DNA of 63,900 bases, counting the filler, from Choristocarpus tenellus KU-1152 (Eukaryota > Protista > Phaeophyceae), in assembly GCA_964200185.2 (NCBI GenBank). It is 8 parts of 8 records of this genome, joined end to end, with 100 filler letters (N's around TTAATTAATTAA, not from the genome) between each part and the next. Parts side by side here need not be neighbours in the genome. Positions count along the whole stretch, not along the records: positions 23,554 to 28,079 come from CAXNAD020014148.1; positions 28,180 to 37,989 come from CAXNAD020003373.1; positions 38,090 to 47,085 come from CAXNAD020004100.1; 5 more parts are not named here. One strand, 5' to 3'. This document shows positions 26,458 through 39,639 of this stretch, piece by piece (position 1 is the first letter of the stretch; each line of letters begins with the position of its first letter). Below the pieces are notes generated by a model that saw nothing but the letters and a program-made list of their open reading frames with translations, searched no databases and was not told the DNA's origin. The position numbers were made by a program, and so were the translations under genes.

Positions 26458-28079
26458 CTGTATGGGAGATTTAGGAGTAACCCCCAATCGCCAGGGGCAA
26501 GGTGGTCATCATAGAGCAAGTGCTAGTTTTATTAATCTTTTAAAATTAATTGTAAAGAAATCAACAGACAGCAGCAGTGAAGCACTGTTCATGTTTTCAT
26601 TTCTATGGGGTTGTCCTTTACAAAATTGCAATTTAAGGTTGAAGAGTATGATTCTCATGTGTTCCTGCGTATGTGTGTATGCATGTTTTGTCTTGGTATA
26701 TGCATGTTATGAATGTGCAGCCCTAATCCCACTTGGAGTATCACATACCACACACACACACATACTTGTGGTTGCAGGATACTACAAGTGCTACTGTCCT
26801 TGTCAATGATGCAATATTGACATGAAATATGAAGCTGTAATTCACTCTACTTTTCATACCCTGCCTACCCTCTATCCCCTTCCCATTCGGCTTCAGTGTT
26901 CTACAGTGTCTTCAAGTGCGGCTTGGACCTCTTGTCAATCTAGTCCTACTCTCTCATCACCACCGTTTACTGCTCATCCTTCTCTTACACATCCAGTGCA
27001 ACACCTCTCCTCACTCACTGTTCACTGCAGTATACTACTGTTTTATACTATTATTGTAGGTCAATGGTCAAGGTTCAGCTCTCTTTTATTGGAGTGTGCG
27101 ACTTCAAACCCATTTATCGCCAGATTCGATGACCCAAAGTCCACTTGGCAAGCACTACAGTCTACTCACCTGTATTATCATCACGTCTGCTTCGATAACC
27201 ATAAAATCACAGGGAAACTGGAACAAGGTGACAAAGCTTTATTGTCATGTGACGCTAAACCGAGTACCGCAAAAGAAGGTTCAAGGGGGGTGAGGCGGCA
27301 CAATGAGCAATGGGACAATGGTGAACTCACCGTTTGAGAAGTAAGGGCATACATCGGCATTGCAGAAAATTGCAATGCAAAGGTAGTCTTTACTTTGAAG
27401 TAAGGTTAAGAATTATTCCCGTGTGTAGTACTTCTTACCATGGGTCAGGTTAGTCCCCAGACTGTGGTCACGACAATAATACTGCTGCTGATCGGAGTTC
27501 ATTAGGATAAGGATAGTCTGCCTCTTCAACTTTAGTTTAGCACTCCCATGTTTGAGTGTTGAGCGTGCTTGGTCGCTCTTGTAGCCCACCACTACCTTCG
27601 AGCCAAGAAATGCGTCACTTCAACCCTTACAAGAAGACCAAACCTTCTTTCCTCTGCCGTGAGTCAAAGAATAACCTGATCGATATTAGACGGAGTCATT
27701 TGTAACCCTAATTCTGCCAACCAGTTCATAGCGTACAAAATGTTCTTCGGCCTAATGCTAGAGCATTGTTCTTGATATCTGGGAGGCAGTGCATGAATCT
27801 TCGCCTGTCTGTAATGGAGTCCCAAACCCCCTACAAGCATTTCTGTTGTAGGCAACTATTCTTAAGTGGCTTCTACCGCACAGTTCTTCTGTTGAAGAAG
27901 AGCACCCCTACATCTCTCCCCAGCTGAGCATTCAATGTCCATATACCGACTGCTGCAGCCCTACGTTCATCCATCTTCCCCTGAAATCCGTAGAGCATAT
28001 GAGTGGCACTGTGTATCATGCACCCCACCCCCACCCCTAAACCTAACCCTAACCCTAAATCGATACAATGAGAAAAAAA

Positions 28080-28179
28080 NNNNNNNNNNNNNNNNNNNNN
28101 NNNNNNNNNNNNNNNNNNNNNNNTTAATTAATTAANNNNNNNNNNNNNNNNNNNNNNNNNNNNNNNNNNNNNNNNNNNN
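28080..28179. other. Artificial contig linker
   Basis: N44-TTAATTAATTAA-N44. Confidence 0.97.
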
Positions 28180-31100
28180 CAGTCAATTTTGGGTCAAGCC
28201 CATCCTCAGTGAAAAGCTCCATCCTCAATTCTTGAAATCGGCTGTTCACTGCTTGTCAGTCGGTCTCCTCCCTTGAATCATGTACAGGACTCGGCTCGAC
28301 GTTGCCACCTCAATCTTGGTCTGGCGTTTTGCGGTATAGGGACTAATTGGGTAATCGAAAAAAGTTATGTCGTTATTCGAAATAACTGAGCTGATGTCAA
28401 TCGAACTGACCCAATTCACAACACTACAAATAATACCTCACACCTTGGACCAGCTCTGTTGATAGGTCAATATCTATTTTTTTGTTAGGAAGCATAGTAG
28501 AGCTTTTCCATATCACACCCTCTTCCAGGAGGACACATTGTGTGTGATTTGTTCATGCGCTTTCTAGACTCACGACTACAATGGGCCCAAATCATATCAC
28601 TGCGCCTGCCTGGGTAACCCCAGTCGTTGTTGTGCCCTGACTTCCACGCTCAAGGTGCGCATGATCTCTTCAAAATTTCAGAATGCAGGTACCCAGAAAT
28701 ATATTTTAGGAGTACATGGCTTCGCTTGTACCTGGTGATACTACTACTGTCAAATACACAATGGCCATCGAGTATCCCTTGGAAAATTTGTCTTGGTTTG
28801 CAGTCATATGCTTTATCGATCAATGTTCATCGTCTCCCTTCTACTGTTTGCCACTCCTTTCTTGCACTCATTGTTCCCTGTGCGATCACATTCATTAGTG
28901 CTAATAGTGGGTTCTAATGTGTAGGCCGTCATCCTAACGATATAGACTACATTTGCCACCTTCTTCCTCCCACACACAACGGACCACATGAAACTGTCAT
29001 TTGGTGTTTATTTTTTGTGTGTACGGGGGTAAGGATTTCTCCATTCAACTTACCTTTTGGCGCATGGAAAAGTTGGTGACGATAACTGATTGATATCCAC
29101 AAAAAAATAAACCCAACCAGAAGGAAGGACCAAGGCAGAAGTGTGATCTGCTACACTTCATTGTTGTTGCCTTGTTCTTATCTGTACCTGAGTCATTATG
29201 GGGAAATATGACCTTCATTTCTCTCCAACGTGTCCCTTGCAACAACATCCTCTTGGGTTCTTGGTCCTGGCACTTCACTACTTCGTAATCATTTCCTCAT
29301 GCATTGTCGACGGAATTTCACCTACCCAAGGAACTACTTGGTCTCAGCTTAACATATTTGTGACACTCCTGTTCAGGAAAAAATGTTTCCATTGACTACT
29401 CCAGTGTCTTACTTGCACGACCAAAGTGGGATACTGCCAATGCTCCATGACCAGATGAGGTACTGCAGGGTGCAATATTATTATATTATCTTCACTGTTA
29501 TTAATAATGGTTGTTATTTCGTTGTCATTGTTATTATCATCACTGCTATCATCACATAGCCCATGGTCAGTGAGCCACTTCATATTGCAATACTTCTGAT
29601 ACGACTCAACCGTTCACGACTTCTATTCTTGTGTTGCTTTTTGCGAGTTAGGTTCAACCATCTCACCAATTCGCGCTGCCTCCTCTCTCAAGTCTTCTGC
29701 CGGACCCGGATCCGCGGCGCTCCATACAGGAACCTTGCCACCTCTTTGTTGGGTCTCCCGTGTTTTTGCGGTGTAGTAACAGACAGGATAATGTAGATGA
29801 AAAATCCACAGAGTTTGCTGCATGGACTTTGGATTAACTAGAATCACATTTAAAAAAAAGAAGTGTGTTTTGTGTCGATCAGCTTTGGACCCTCAAACTC
29901 CTTCAAGGGAACGCAGCCAATTAATGAATGGGTTACAAGAGCACTGTTCAGTTGTTTACAAGGTCCATCGGTATCGAGTATGAAAGTTTCCTTTCTTTCT
30001 TTTCACCCTCCACCTGTAGGTTCTGGTGATGTTGGCAACGTTGATGATGTCCTATACCAGCTATTGGGTGCTATTACATCATGCCTGGGCTTATCTTGTC
30101 TGTCCTTCTTACTCGCACCGAGCTTTCTTTTTCTTTTGATTCATTTTCCATTTTGTAATTCTTGGAGGACTTGCATTTTCCATTTCCTCAATTACTCTGT
30201 AACGACGTTCCTCCTACCTTTTGACCAGGCTGCTAGGGGTTTAGGACCCCTCAAACTAATATGGAGACACCCATTATTAGTTTTATTGTTAGCACAATGT
30301 TATGAAGAGGCCATGGACCACCCTGTGGCCCAGTTACAATCTTCGATGCCCCTAGACTGGTCATGTTGAGACACATTTCAAGTGGGCCAGCCTGGTGGCC
30401 CGGTCCATTTCAAAATCCTGAAGGTTCTGAATTATACCTGTTTAAATATTTACCGGGGCTAGTTTGCTGCTCAGTTGCGTCACATTTACCTGGTCAATTG
30501 AAAACCCTGATTATTTCTATATGCTCGAAATATACAGTATATTTGAGTCAAACCAATTGAGAGGTAGGCAGGGTTGCATTTCAAGGAGATTAAGAGAAAG
30601 GGTAAAAATACGTCTTTTGTAAATTGCGGAAGAGTCTTTGCTTAGTTGGGATGTCAGTCTGTGTGTGGAAAAGGGGAACATACATTTTGCGTACATTATT
30701 GTGCATACAAAGAAAGTTGACTTAGAATGCAAAAGGGTTGAACCCTGCGTACCTTTCAATTGGGTTGCTCTTCTATTCATTTTGGTTGGGATAAGTGATA
30801 GAACTAGAAAAATATAAGTATATATTATGATATAAATATAGCATTAAAATAGAGGGTCTTTTGAATAAGAGTTACAAACCTGACTCCCCAAATGACCTCC
30901 TTGCTCGAACAAGTCCTTACGTCCCAACCTTGGCACCAACAAAACACCACGATTTACATGAAGTATTGAGGAGTAGGCGAGACCGTAAGATACACAACAT
31001 AGGCACTGCTGGGATAGACACCATGACATCTCAAGTTGATAGGATGCGCTTGTTCAATATGTTTCCCTACCGTGCCAACCTCAGTGCTATCCCTAAATAA

Positions 31101-32323
31101 AATGCCCTCCCACAGTCCAACAGGTGAAATAAACACTGCACCTTTTTCATGGGTCAACGACTGATCTGAGGATTCCCGATTTCTGTCAGCAGAACATGAG
31201 GGAGTACGTATGGTGGTTTGAAGCCAAATGCTGATGGTGCAAGTTAAACCCAAACTCAGTCAATGCTCTCTTCATAGAGAGTCACACTGTGTCCCTGACC
31301 AAAACCCACACAATTTATTCCACCACTCCCAGCCTTTTATCTTCTGCGCAAACTCACCCAAACAAGCTATCTCTGGAACTGGTCAAGAATTTATCCTTCT
31401 GCAATAGCTCCCAGACCTGGCACTAAGCTTGTTAAATGTGTAAAGGATGGTTTGACTCAGCGGCACTGGTGCCACCTACTTTTTACACCTTCCGCCATAG
31501 TCGTACTACTCCCTTACTAGGATTTTGAAGCTGCGTGCTCACTCTACCTTGTCCAATTCCGGCAATGGGAACCTAGGCAATTTTCAGACATTGCATACGC
31601 CACATATATAGAGAATAAGATGCTTGACCTTGGTATGCTTTTATTAGTGTAACCACCTCAGGCAACACTCGAAAGAATGATTGCAAAGCAGTGCACATGG
31701 GAGAAGGGAACGCCAGTTACTATAAGCATTGAAATAGTGTCTATCTCTCTGAAGTACCTTGAAGAAGAGTGGAGACTCAAGTCTCTTGAGGTAGAGAAGG
31801 ATCAATCTCTCCTACCCATCACTTCAAAAGCTTCCTACGCACACGTTCAAGGTTTTAAGCATATTTATACTGAGTGTATGAGGAAACCTGAGCAGCAAGT
31901 GCATGTTTCCACGATGAGGGGAATAACAAGTGACAACCAAGGACAACTTCATTATGGTAAAAAACTCAGGAACTCTTGACTACTTTGTAGTGATAAAAAC
32001 TTTATCCTAAACATTTACAGTGCCATTGACCACAGTACCAAAGTGAACTATGCTAGGATCCTTGTGCGTGGCACGGTTGAACCAGCAATGTTTTTTTGGT
32101 GATCAGACACACGTGGCAATATGCATCTAGGCAGAATCTGAGCCACTGCCTAGTCACTTGTGTGTGGTGATAGAATCAAAATGCTATAAAGCTAAGTATA
32201 TGAGGACTGCCTTTTCTTACTACTACATACACAGACACAGTGGCCACAATTTGAAGTGCTATAGAAACCCTACATCACGAAGTCCACGTTTCAAAAAATT
32301 ACTCTCACTGTACTGTCTTGTGA

Positions 32324-35300
32324 TTATGCCCGCTCAAACAGCACCAAATGCTCTGTTCTCATTTTTCGTCGTGCTCCACCACCTCCACGTAGTGTGGCCG
32401 ATCCCAATATCCTGAGCCCCACTTCCCCTGACCTATCAAGAGCATCCACGGCTTCCAGCAGACTGTTTAAAGTGTCTATACCTCCTCCGTCACCTATCAT
32501 CACTGCCATACGCCCACCTCCTGGACGAAGTGCTAACGCTGTTGCTCCTAGCCATGCCCTCTGATCCTCTGCCCAACGTCCAGCATAGTCCATAGCCCCT
32601 GGGGAGCATGAAGTTTTCCGCTGTTTTTGAAATGAGGACTTTCCCCCCATTTCACCCTCCCTCCACATGTCAGGCCAATCACGCCCTGCCGGAACTTCAG
32701 TTGTAAGGAATGTCTTCTCTCCTCTACAGTGTGACAGCCCTTGCCAGCCTGTACCGAATATCTCAGCCCCTGCCCGAGGTCCTACACACAAACTGGTGTC
32801 CAGTGCTCTCTCAGTGTGGTCTAGTTGTAAGGGCTGATGGCGAATCCTGGGCTTACCTTCAAGAGCACATTGGCTATCCATGTCACCATTCCCATCTTTC
32901 AACATTGAAACCCTCTTGCCTGTACCTCCAACACTATCTTCATGCCCATCCTCAAGCACCATTGGAAGCTCCCCTAGGAGCGCTCTAACGCTCCTTGCAT
33001 AACCAAGATAGTCATACACTCCTGGATATGGGGGAGATGTCAGCACAGCATCCACCCACCCTCGTTCCACATTTGTTTGCCCTTTACCCTCGCTCTTTAA
33101 GGTATTCCAGCCAGGTGGGGGGTGGGGTACCCTAAGAAAGCGAGCATCACCACTCAAGTGGAAGGCTTTAACCTTGGGAAGGTTGTTCACACTGCATCGG
33201 TTTTGATCTGCACTGTAAGAAGCAGCAACGAGGTCTCGAACGGCATGGCAGTACTGCTGACATATCTTTCACACAAAGACAAGCAAGTAGGGGAGTGTCA
33301 AAGAGAGTCCTTGGATTCAGGGTGAAATCTATTCAGGGTGAAATCTACTCCTTGAAGTAGAATAGCAGTGGCAGTGACAAGCTACATCCTTTGGTGGATG
33401 ATGCACATGAAAGCAATCAGGAGAAGGGGACCAGCAGATATATTAGTGTAGGAGGTTGGTAAGAACGGCTTTAAGACTTCGTGCATCAACAAGGAGGGGT
33501 TGAGCACACAAAGCAGCATGACTTTACCAACAAGAGTATCAAATGAAAATATTGAAGTTAAAGCTGTTACAAGGAGAAGCAGAGACTGATCCCTCTGAGG
33601 TCATCTCCTCAAAAATACCACACCAGCAGGGAGCCGCCTTGTGGGTTAGGAGCTTGTGAGAAAGAGCTTGATCGGGGTTTCACAGTATAGAATGAAAAGC
33701 CGAGTATTGCTGCCGTAGGAGATTTTGGACTAGCATGGCGGATTGGCACTTGAGCTCATGTGTATCTCTTCAGAGCTTGGTGGTCTTGACTTCAGAATGA
33801 TTGAGCACAAAGTACATGCAACAACTCAGTCCATTTCATGGATTCTACAGAACAAAAATATTGATATTTGAATCAGGGGTTGTGCCACTGTGAGAAAGCT
33901 GTTCAGTACCAGAAAAATGCAGGCAAGGCTAAAAATGCCCGGAAGTGTGTAGACTGTGTCAAGTAATGACATCAGCTGGACAAAGCAAGTCACGTAACAC
34001 CTTGTAAATCCACCATAAAATACCCACCATATCACCAACTAAACCTTTTAACACCTTACTAAACTGCATGAGTGTCATCGTGCCAAAGAATACCTTGACC
34101 AGTTAGCGCTTCCTCGTCCTTGGTCACCTTATTGAGTGCATGTATTACCATGGAATAAATTGAAAATCAGTAGTCCTACCTGTACTGCCCAAAGACAGGA
34201 GTGTTCCAAAACCAAACAGGGGAGCATTTGGGAATTTGAAACACAGCAAGTTGAGCACAATGGATGCTACGTATCAGGTAATATGTATAGAAAGGAGTTT
34301 TACCAAGACGGCCCTAGATGTTGCTATAAACCAAACTGTGGATAGTAGTGTGACTGTTGTCAGATGTTCTCACAGAGTGTGAACAAAACACCTGAGAAGA
34401 AAGAAAAAATGTGCACATGGGTGGAAGGACACCAGCTACAATGCAAGCCAGTCAGCCTCCCTGAGAAGCATCCAGCCATTACTGATTACATTTGAGAAAG
34501 TGTGTACAAAAACACCTAGAATGGCACTCCCCTCCTCCTCTACTACTACTACAAAAAGAAGAGATTGTTGGAAGGGGAGACAGAATGAAAACCTTCCCTT
34601 CACCTTTCTTCATTAGGAGGTCCCTGGGCTATGTGCTCTCATCGCAAAGGCCAATCAGATGTATGTAATGCACTGTCAAAGCAAGACCTTGTGCAGAGAG
34701 TGCTTCTTCAGAGATCCTCTTTGTCATCAAAGCAACATCCCTTATGTTAAGCTCTACCCTGCCTCTCTCTCTCCTCTTTCATCTCACATATTTGAAGAAT
34801 TCCGCTGGGAGGATCTGCCTTCGATGCCGAGCCTTTGCTGCCCTGGTCTTGGCACACGAAAATAAAAACCAAAGAGGATGCTCCAGCCAGGCCCGCTCAA
34901 CATGTCCCACACCTGACAATCTGCACAGTTAGTTTTTTTGAACTGGTTGCTGCCGTATCAATGGGAAGGAAAATGAGCATTTATTGCAATGAGAAAAAAA
35001 GCCACCGGATGGGCAGACAGTGCAGAAGAAAAAAAACAACTGTTGATGGTACAAGGAAAAAAATAGTATCATCAATTGTTAACCTCACAAGTCAAAATGC
35101 CCCATTCACCAAAGTTATCACTATTTAAAATGCAGTGCACCGATGTGTAAAAAACATATTTCTTGAAGTTTCTCTGCATACTACTATGAACAGAAGACAG
35201 GTACAAAGCAGATCGCTTACTTTTTTATATTCTTACAGCCTGTCCACATTACTCCATGATATCTCCTTCCTTGAATGAGTTTTTTTTCTCCTTTCCAATC

Positions 35301-37842
35301 AGTTCAATTGCTATGTGATAGAGTGAAATGTGTGAAATTAAGGGGTTGTGGACAGCATCAATCAATCTGAACCGAAAATGAAAGAGATTTGCCTCACGGT
35401 TGATGTGATTTCATGCTCAACCATCACAGTCACAGACAAGAACTCATCATATATATATAGCCTACAGTACCATCTGGGCATCCTTTGGACAATTCTACAA
35501 AAAGTGAGTTTGTGAAGGAGAGTGGGTCCTCAGAAGAAGAGGATGACGATTTTTGCTACACTGTAGTCAATTGATGAAGGCATTGAAGGAGGGTAAGATT
35601 TCACACATCTAAGGTTAGTCTATCAACAAGACAAGCTTAGTTAGTCGAGGGAGGTGACCTGTGGATGATTTTGAGCGACATCAATTATTAAACAATTTTG
35701 TGTATTCACCTATCACTGAAGTTGTAATCGCCACAGTCCTGTAGGTGTGGCACAACGATTATTAGAGCAGTTAAATTTGAAATCCCCCAGTGTAACTGTG
35801 CACTTTACGGGCTTGCTACACACATTCACAATAGTGGTAACAGAACATACTTCAAACAAGGCATTCCCCTATTTAATCGAAACATCCCAACAGAGTTATG
35901 TTTGTAGACAAAAGACAGAGCATGCTATTAGACACCAACAAACCCCACACACCTCCATGCACACTTACTATTTCCTACTGCCGTAGAGTTGTCAGGAACA
36001 CCATACGTGACGAGATGGGAGGAAGGTACCTTTGAGATGAAGAGCAACAGATATCTTGACCAACTCCCACGACTTCGAGGTGCACTTCCACCAGCTGTCT
36101 TTATGGTCACCCTTGCTCACATTCAGCATATTTGTACCTTCCTCCTCAGTAGCTTCTGCTATTGCACACACTGCCTGGATCCACAGAACAACAAGCCATA
36201 CTCATTGAACAATGGGACTTTCACAAGTACACAGTGTTTATTGAATGCCGGCTCAGTGCTTACAAGTGTATTTGATTGAGAGTACAAAGCCAACTATATC
36301 GAGAGACCCCACACAATATAAGTATAATAACCCAGGCCAGAAATAACAGTTTTTGAAAGCTTCAGTCGAATGCCCCCCAGGGACCATGCAATGGTGCAGC
36401 ACCTGTACGTGAGACTTGAACCTGCACTGAACATGTTCTCAACTCTGATTCGTGTAACCCTTTGCTGCCAGAATTTCTCACTCAAATCAATTTTTTGTTC
36501 TTGATTGATGTTGTGTGTACATGTAGATAGCATTTCTTATACGCATACAGCAAAATTTGAATGCAGATCATGCTGCAAATTTTCGATGATGAGGAAGTGG
36601 ACATCTTCCATCTATTACTGTACTTGAAAGCATTACCACTGGAGCAGTACACAGCAGTAGCACACCATGTGTACACCCTAGGGGAGTTGGATGTAAGAGA
36701 TGGTGATTCCCATGCCGAAATGGGCAAGTAATACAGGATTTGGGAGCTGGAGGCACTAAAGGCAATCTGCCCATTGGTGCACCATCAGAACTAACAAAAA
36801 TTAGGGTTTTTAAGCATTAGGAGAAAAAGGAAGCTACTGCAGTCCTAATGTTTCAAATTTTGGGAACAGAACTAGATGTTTGAGATTTGCACTTCAGACA
36901 ACATCTGACTTGCATGCAACTTCCATAATCTCAGCCATTATCGATGTGAGTATATATATTGGGAGATACAGATCACACACTAGAATGAAACAAACCTGCT
37001 ACAAGGAAGTAGTGCAACACGCATAAGTGCATATCATGGACACCACATAACCATAAATACACATACACACACACCACAGGCCTTGCAAAATAGTGGCACA
37101 ATATTCTCAGTTCAATGTAACTCATTTCCATAGACAACACACATATTGCAGCTAGTAATTGTGATGAAATATTTTATACCCGCATCCTGATCTGCCCTTC
37201 AAGGCAAGGAAGATATAACTCCAAGTACCCCGAGGCTAAGTCACAATGAACCATATACTTTGAAGTACCTGGAATAAGTCCAGATTACCTCATATCTCCT
37301 GGCGATCCATGCACAGTACAAGGATGGATATTTCCACCACTAGCACTCATGTCAAACTGAAAGGAGTACAAGAGACCTTGATCCAGGTGAGTGAACCCTT
37401 AACATTTCCGTTACTGCCAAGTAAATTCACTCTTGCTCTACTACAACAACACACTGAACAAATATTTTTTGAAGTACTTCCAATGGCACAGTCACTTACC
37501 TACATGCCCTTCCTCCTTCTCCAACACATATATCTCCCAACATATACTTAGACCCAGCACTCAGCGGTAATTAGTCATTAATTGAGACTTAGGAATAGGG
37601 TAGTCAGAATGCTATTTGGGTGCTGTCACTCTCAACCCTGGAAGGTGACATATCTACCTCACGTAAGGGCACAAGTCAATAGGTCTCCTTCACCTGCTCC
37701 AGAACCTTTAGCTGTTCCTCGGATGCAAGCCATGTTCTCCCTCTGGAGACAAAGAGAGCCAATGGGCTAATGTCAATCCCCACAGCTGACCGCCCAGCTC
37801 GCAGGGCCTCCACCAAGACCGTCCCACCACCAACGAAGGGAT
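32324..37842 (-). CDS. Spliced bacterial-type SAM-dependent amino-methyltransferase with N4-cytosine (SPPY) signature and alpha motif order; 5' exon(s) missing
   Basis: Exons 37842-37694 (DPFVGGGTVLVEALRAGRSAVGIDISPLAL), 36174-36030, 34912-34788 (HPLWFLFS...EFFKY) and 33265-32324 (GDAR...VDAVLTSPPYPGVYDY...ALALRPGGGRMAVMIGD...TEHLVLFERA*). All introns are GT-AG with compatible phases; ~450 aa with no internal stop. Confidence 0.85.
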
Positions 37843-37989
37843 CTGTTCACCGATGAAATAGATTGAGAAGCACAATACCAGGGAGGTTTGGTAGTGCACG
37901 GGAAAGGAAGGGGGGTGGGTGGGGGTAGGTAATGTGTGGCACAGCATCAGACACCAGGAAACCAAGACAATCAGAACTATGTGTCAGAA

Positions 37990-38089
37990 NNNNNNNNNNN
38001 NNNNNNNNNNNNNNNNNNNNNNNNNNNNNNNNNTTAATTAATTAANNNNNNNNNNNNNNNNNNNNNNNNNNNNNNNNNNNNNNNNNNNN
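37990..38089. other. Artificial contig linker
   Basis: N44-TTAATTAATTAA-N44. Confidence 0.97.
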
Positions 38090-38561
38090 GGGGGGGGGGG
38101 GGGGGTGTTCAGCGGCCTGGCCTAACGATAAAACAAACAAGATCGCTTTTTTATTGTTCGTTTGTATACAACACGGACACAGCATGTGGTTGCCCAAGAA
38201 GGAGAGGGTTTGGTTCGAAAAATTACGCATCGTGTGTTTATAAATTCAGGCAATACTGCAACGGTCCGGGCAAGGAGTGGACCTTACCCGGGGGAAGGGG
38301 GGGGGAGACGGTATGATACTCAGCAGCCTGGCCTACCTAGTGCTGAAAGAAAAAACTGTTCACTTCGTCCGTGATTTACCACACATACATACTACATGGT
38401 CACCCGAAAATCAAGAATTTGGCTGACAAGGTTGCTAAACGCGGGATAACTATCTCAACTTAGGTTGAATAGGAGGACACAGAGAGATTTCACAACAGCT
38501 GTAACCCAACAAGAGGAGTAGTAGAGCGCCACCATCCCACTAACGTTGACAAGTCCCTTAC

Positions 38562-39400
38562 CTTTTTGTACATTTTGCGGATCTCTGCTAGTGACACTTC
38601 TTTTTTCTTCGTCTGTCGCTTGATAGCTTCTTCGAGCTTGTGCTGAAAATATACCTTATCGTACAGCGTGCGCTCAACCATACTCTCGGTCATGTTGTTG
38701 AATGCTATAAGCGTGGTGGTGCAGAGGGCGAATGGGGCAAGGGGTAGGTGGGAAGCGGTCGCGGGACACACGCGGCAGGCAGTAGTGAGCAACATGTTGC
38801 TGTTGACAGAACCGACCACGAGGGATAAAAAAGATCAACAACGAAAAGATCAACAACAAGCTGACTGACGATGAACCAAACAAAGGAAATACGGCAACAA
38901 CTTGGTAGATCAGAAGATTCATCAGGCAATCATGGAACAACGACAACACTCCATCACCCACCGTTGGCAATTAGCCTCTCTTCAGCTTGGTTGAACTCCA
39001 TGTAGACCCGCACCATGAAAGCGCGTTCGGGATCAAATTCTTTCTTCAGCACCGTTATTCTATGGTTTCCGTCCAGTGTTCATCCTTGAACGGCAAGCGC
39101 AGTTTCGGCGGTGAGCTGGTCCCCATTGCCTAAGCAGTCTTTTTGGACGATGACGGACGGAACAAACTGCTCGAGCCAGCCTTTTTCACGGATGGACTTG
39201 CTGAGGCGTGCAAGGCCACGCTTGCTCAGTGGACACACCATCTCCGTGCATATGATGTTGCCGAGTTTCATCTTGTACGTGCCAAGGTAGTGATGTTCTA
39301 GGAGCGAGGACATGCCCTTGGCATTGCTGTACCACGCTCTCGGTCCATGGGCAGCGCCATCGGCGGGCAGGGGGATCGTTGTTGACTGAATGTTGGACAT
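38562..39400 (-). pseudogene. ParB/sulfiredoxin-like N-terminal domain gene, two exons visible, one in-frame TGA
   Basis: Exon 39400-38962: ...LARLSKSIREKGWLEQFVPSVIV...VQG*TLDGNHRITVLKK...VRVYMEFNQAEERLIAN. Phase-1 intron, then exon 38704-38562: AFNNMTESMVERTLYDKVYF. The L..SI...G, DG.HR and A...N pattern fits ParB-N. Confidence 0.65.
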
Positions 39401-39639
39401 GGCGAAGATTGGGAGGGTGTGACGGGGATAGATAAATAAGAGGTGCTGGTGGTATGTACGGAAGGGAAGGAATGGAAATGAGGAGTGAGGGCTGGGAGGT
39501 GCTGCTTTATTTCATCTGCTCGGTCGGTCCCCAAAGAACTCAGATTTATCTTTCCGTTGATAATTGTGTTCTAAAAAATACGAATATCGAACAGCATACG
39601 ATTTCATATTTCAAAGAGATAGAAAGTATCAGTTTTTTG

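Noticed and set aside
39080-39082. In-frame TGA as selenocysteine or readthrough
   Set aside because: The position does not correspond to a catalytic Cys, no SECIS was recognised, and the neighbouring transposase also has stops. CGA to TGA decay is simpler.
32324-39400. Apparent methyltransferase plus ParB gene cluster, as in prokaryotic ParB-MTase modules
   Set aside because: The two genes are on different contigs separated by the artificial linker at 37990-38089, so linkage cannot be inferred.
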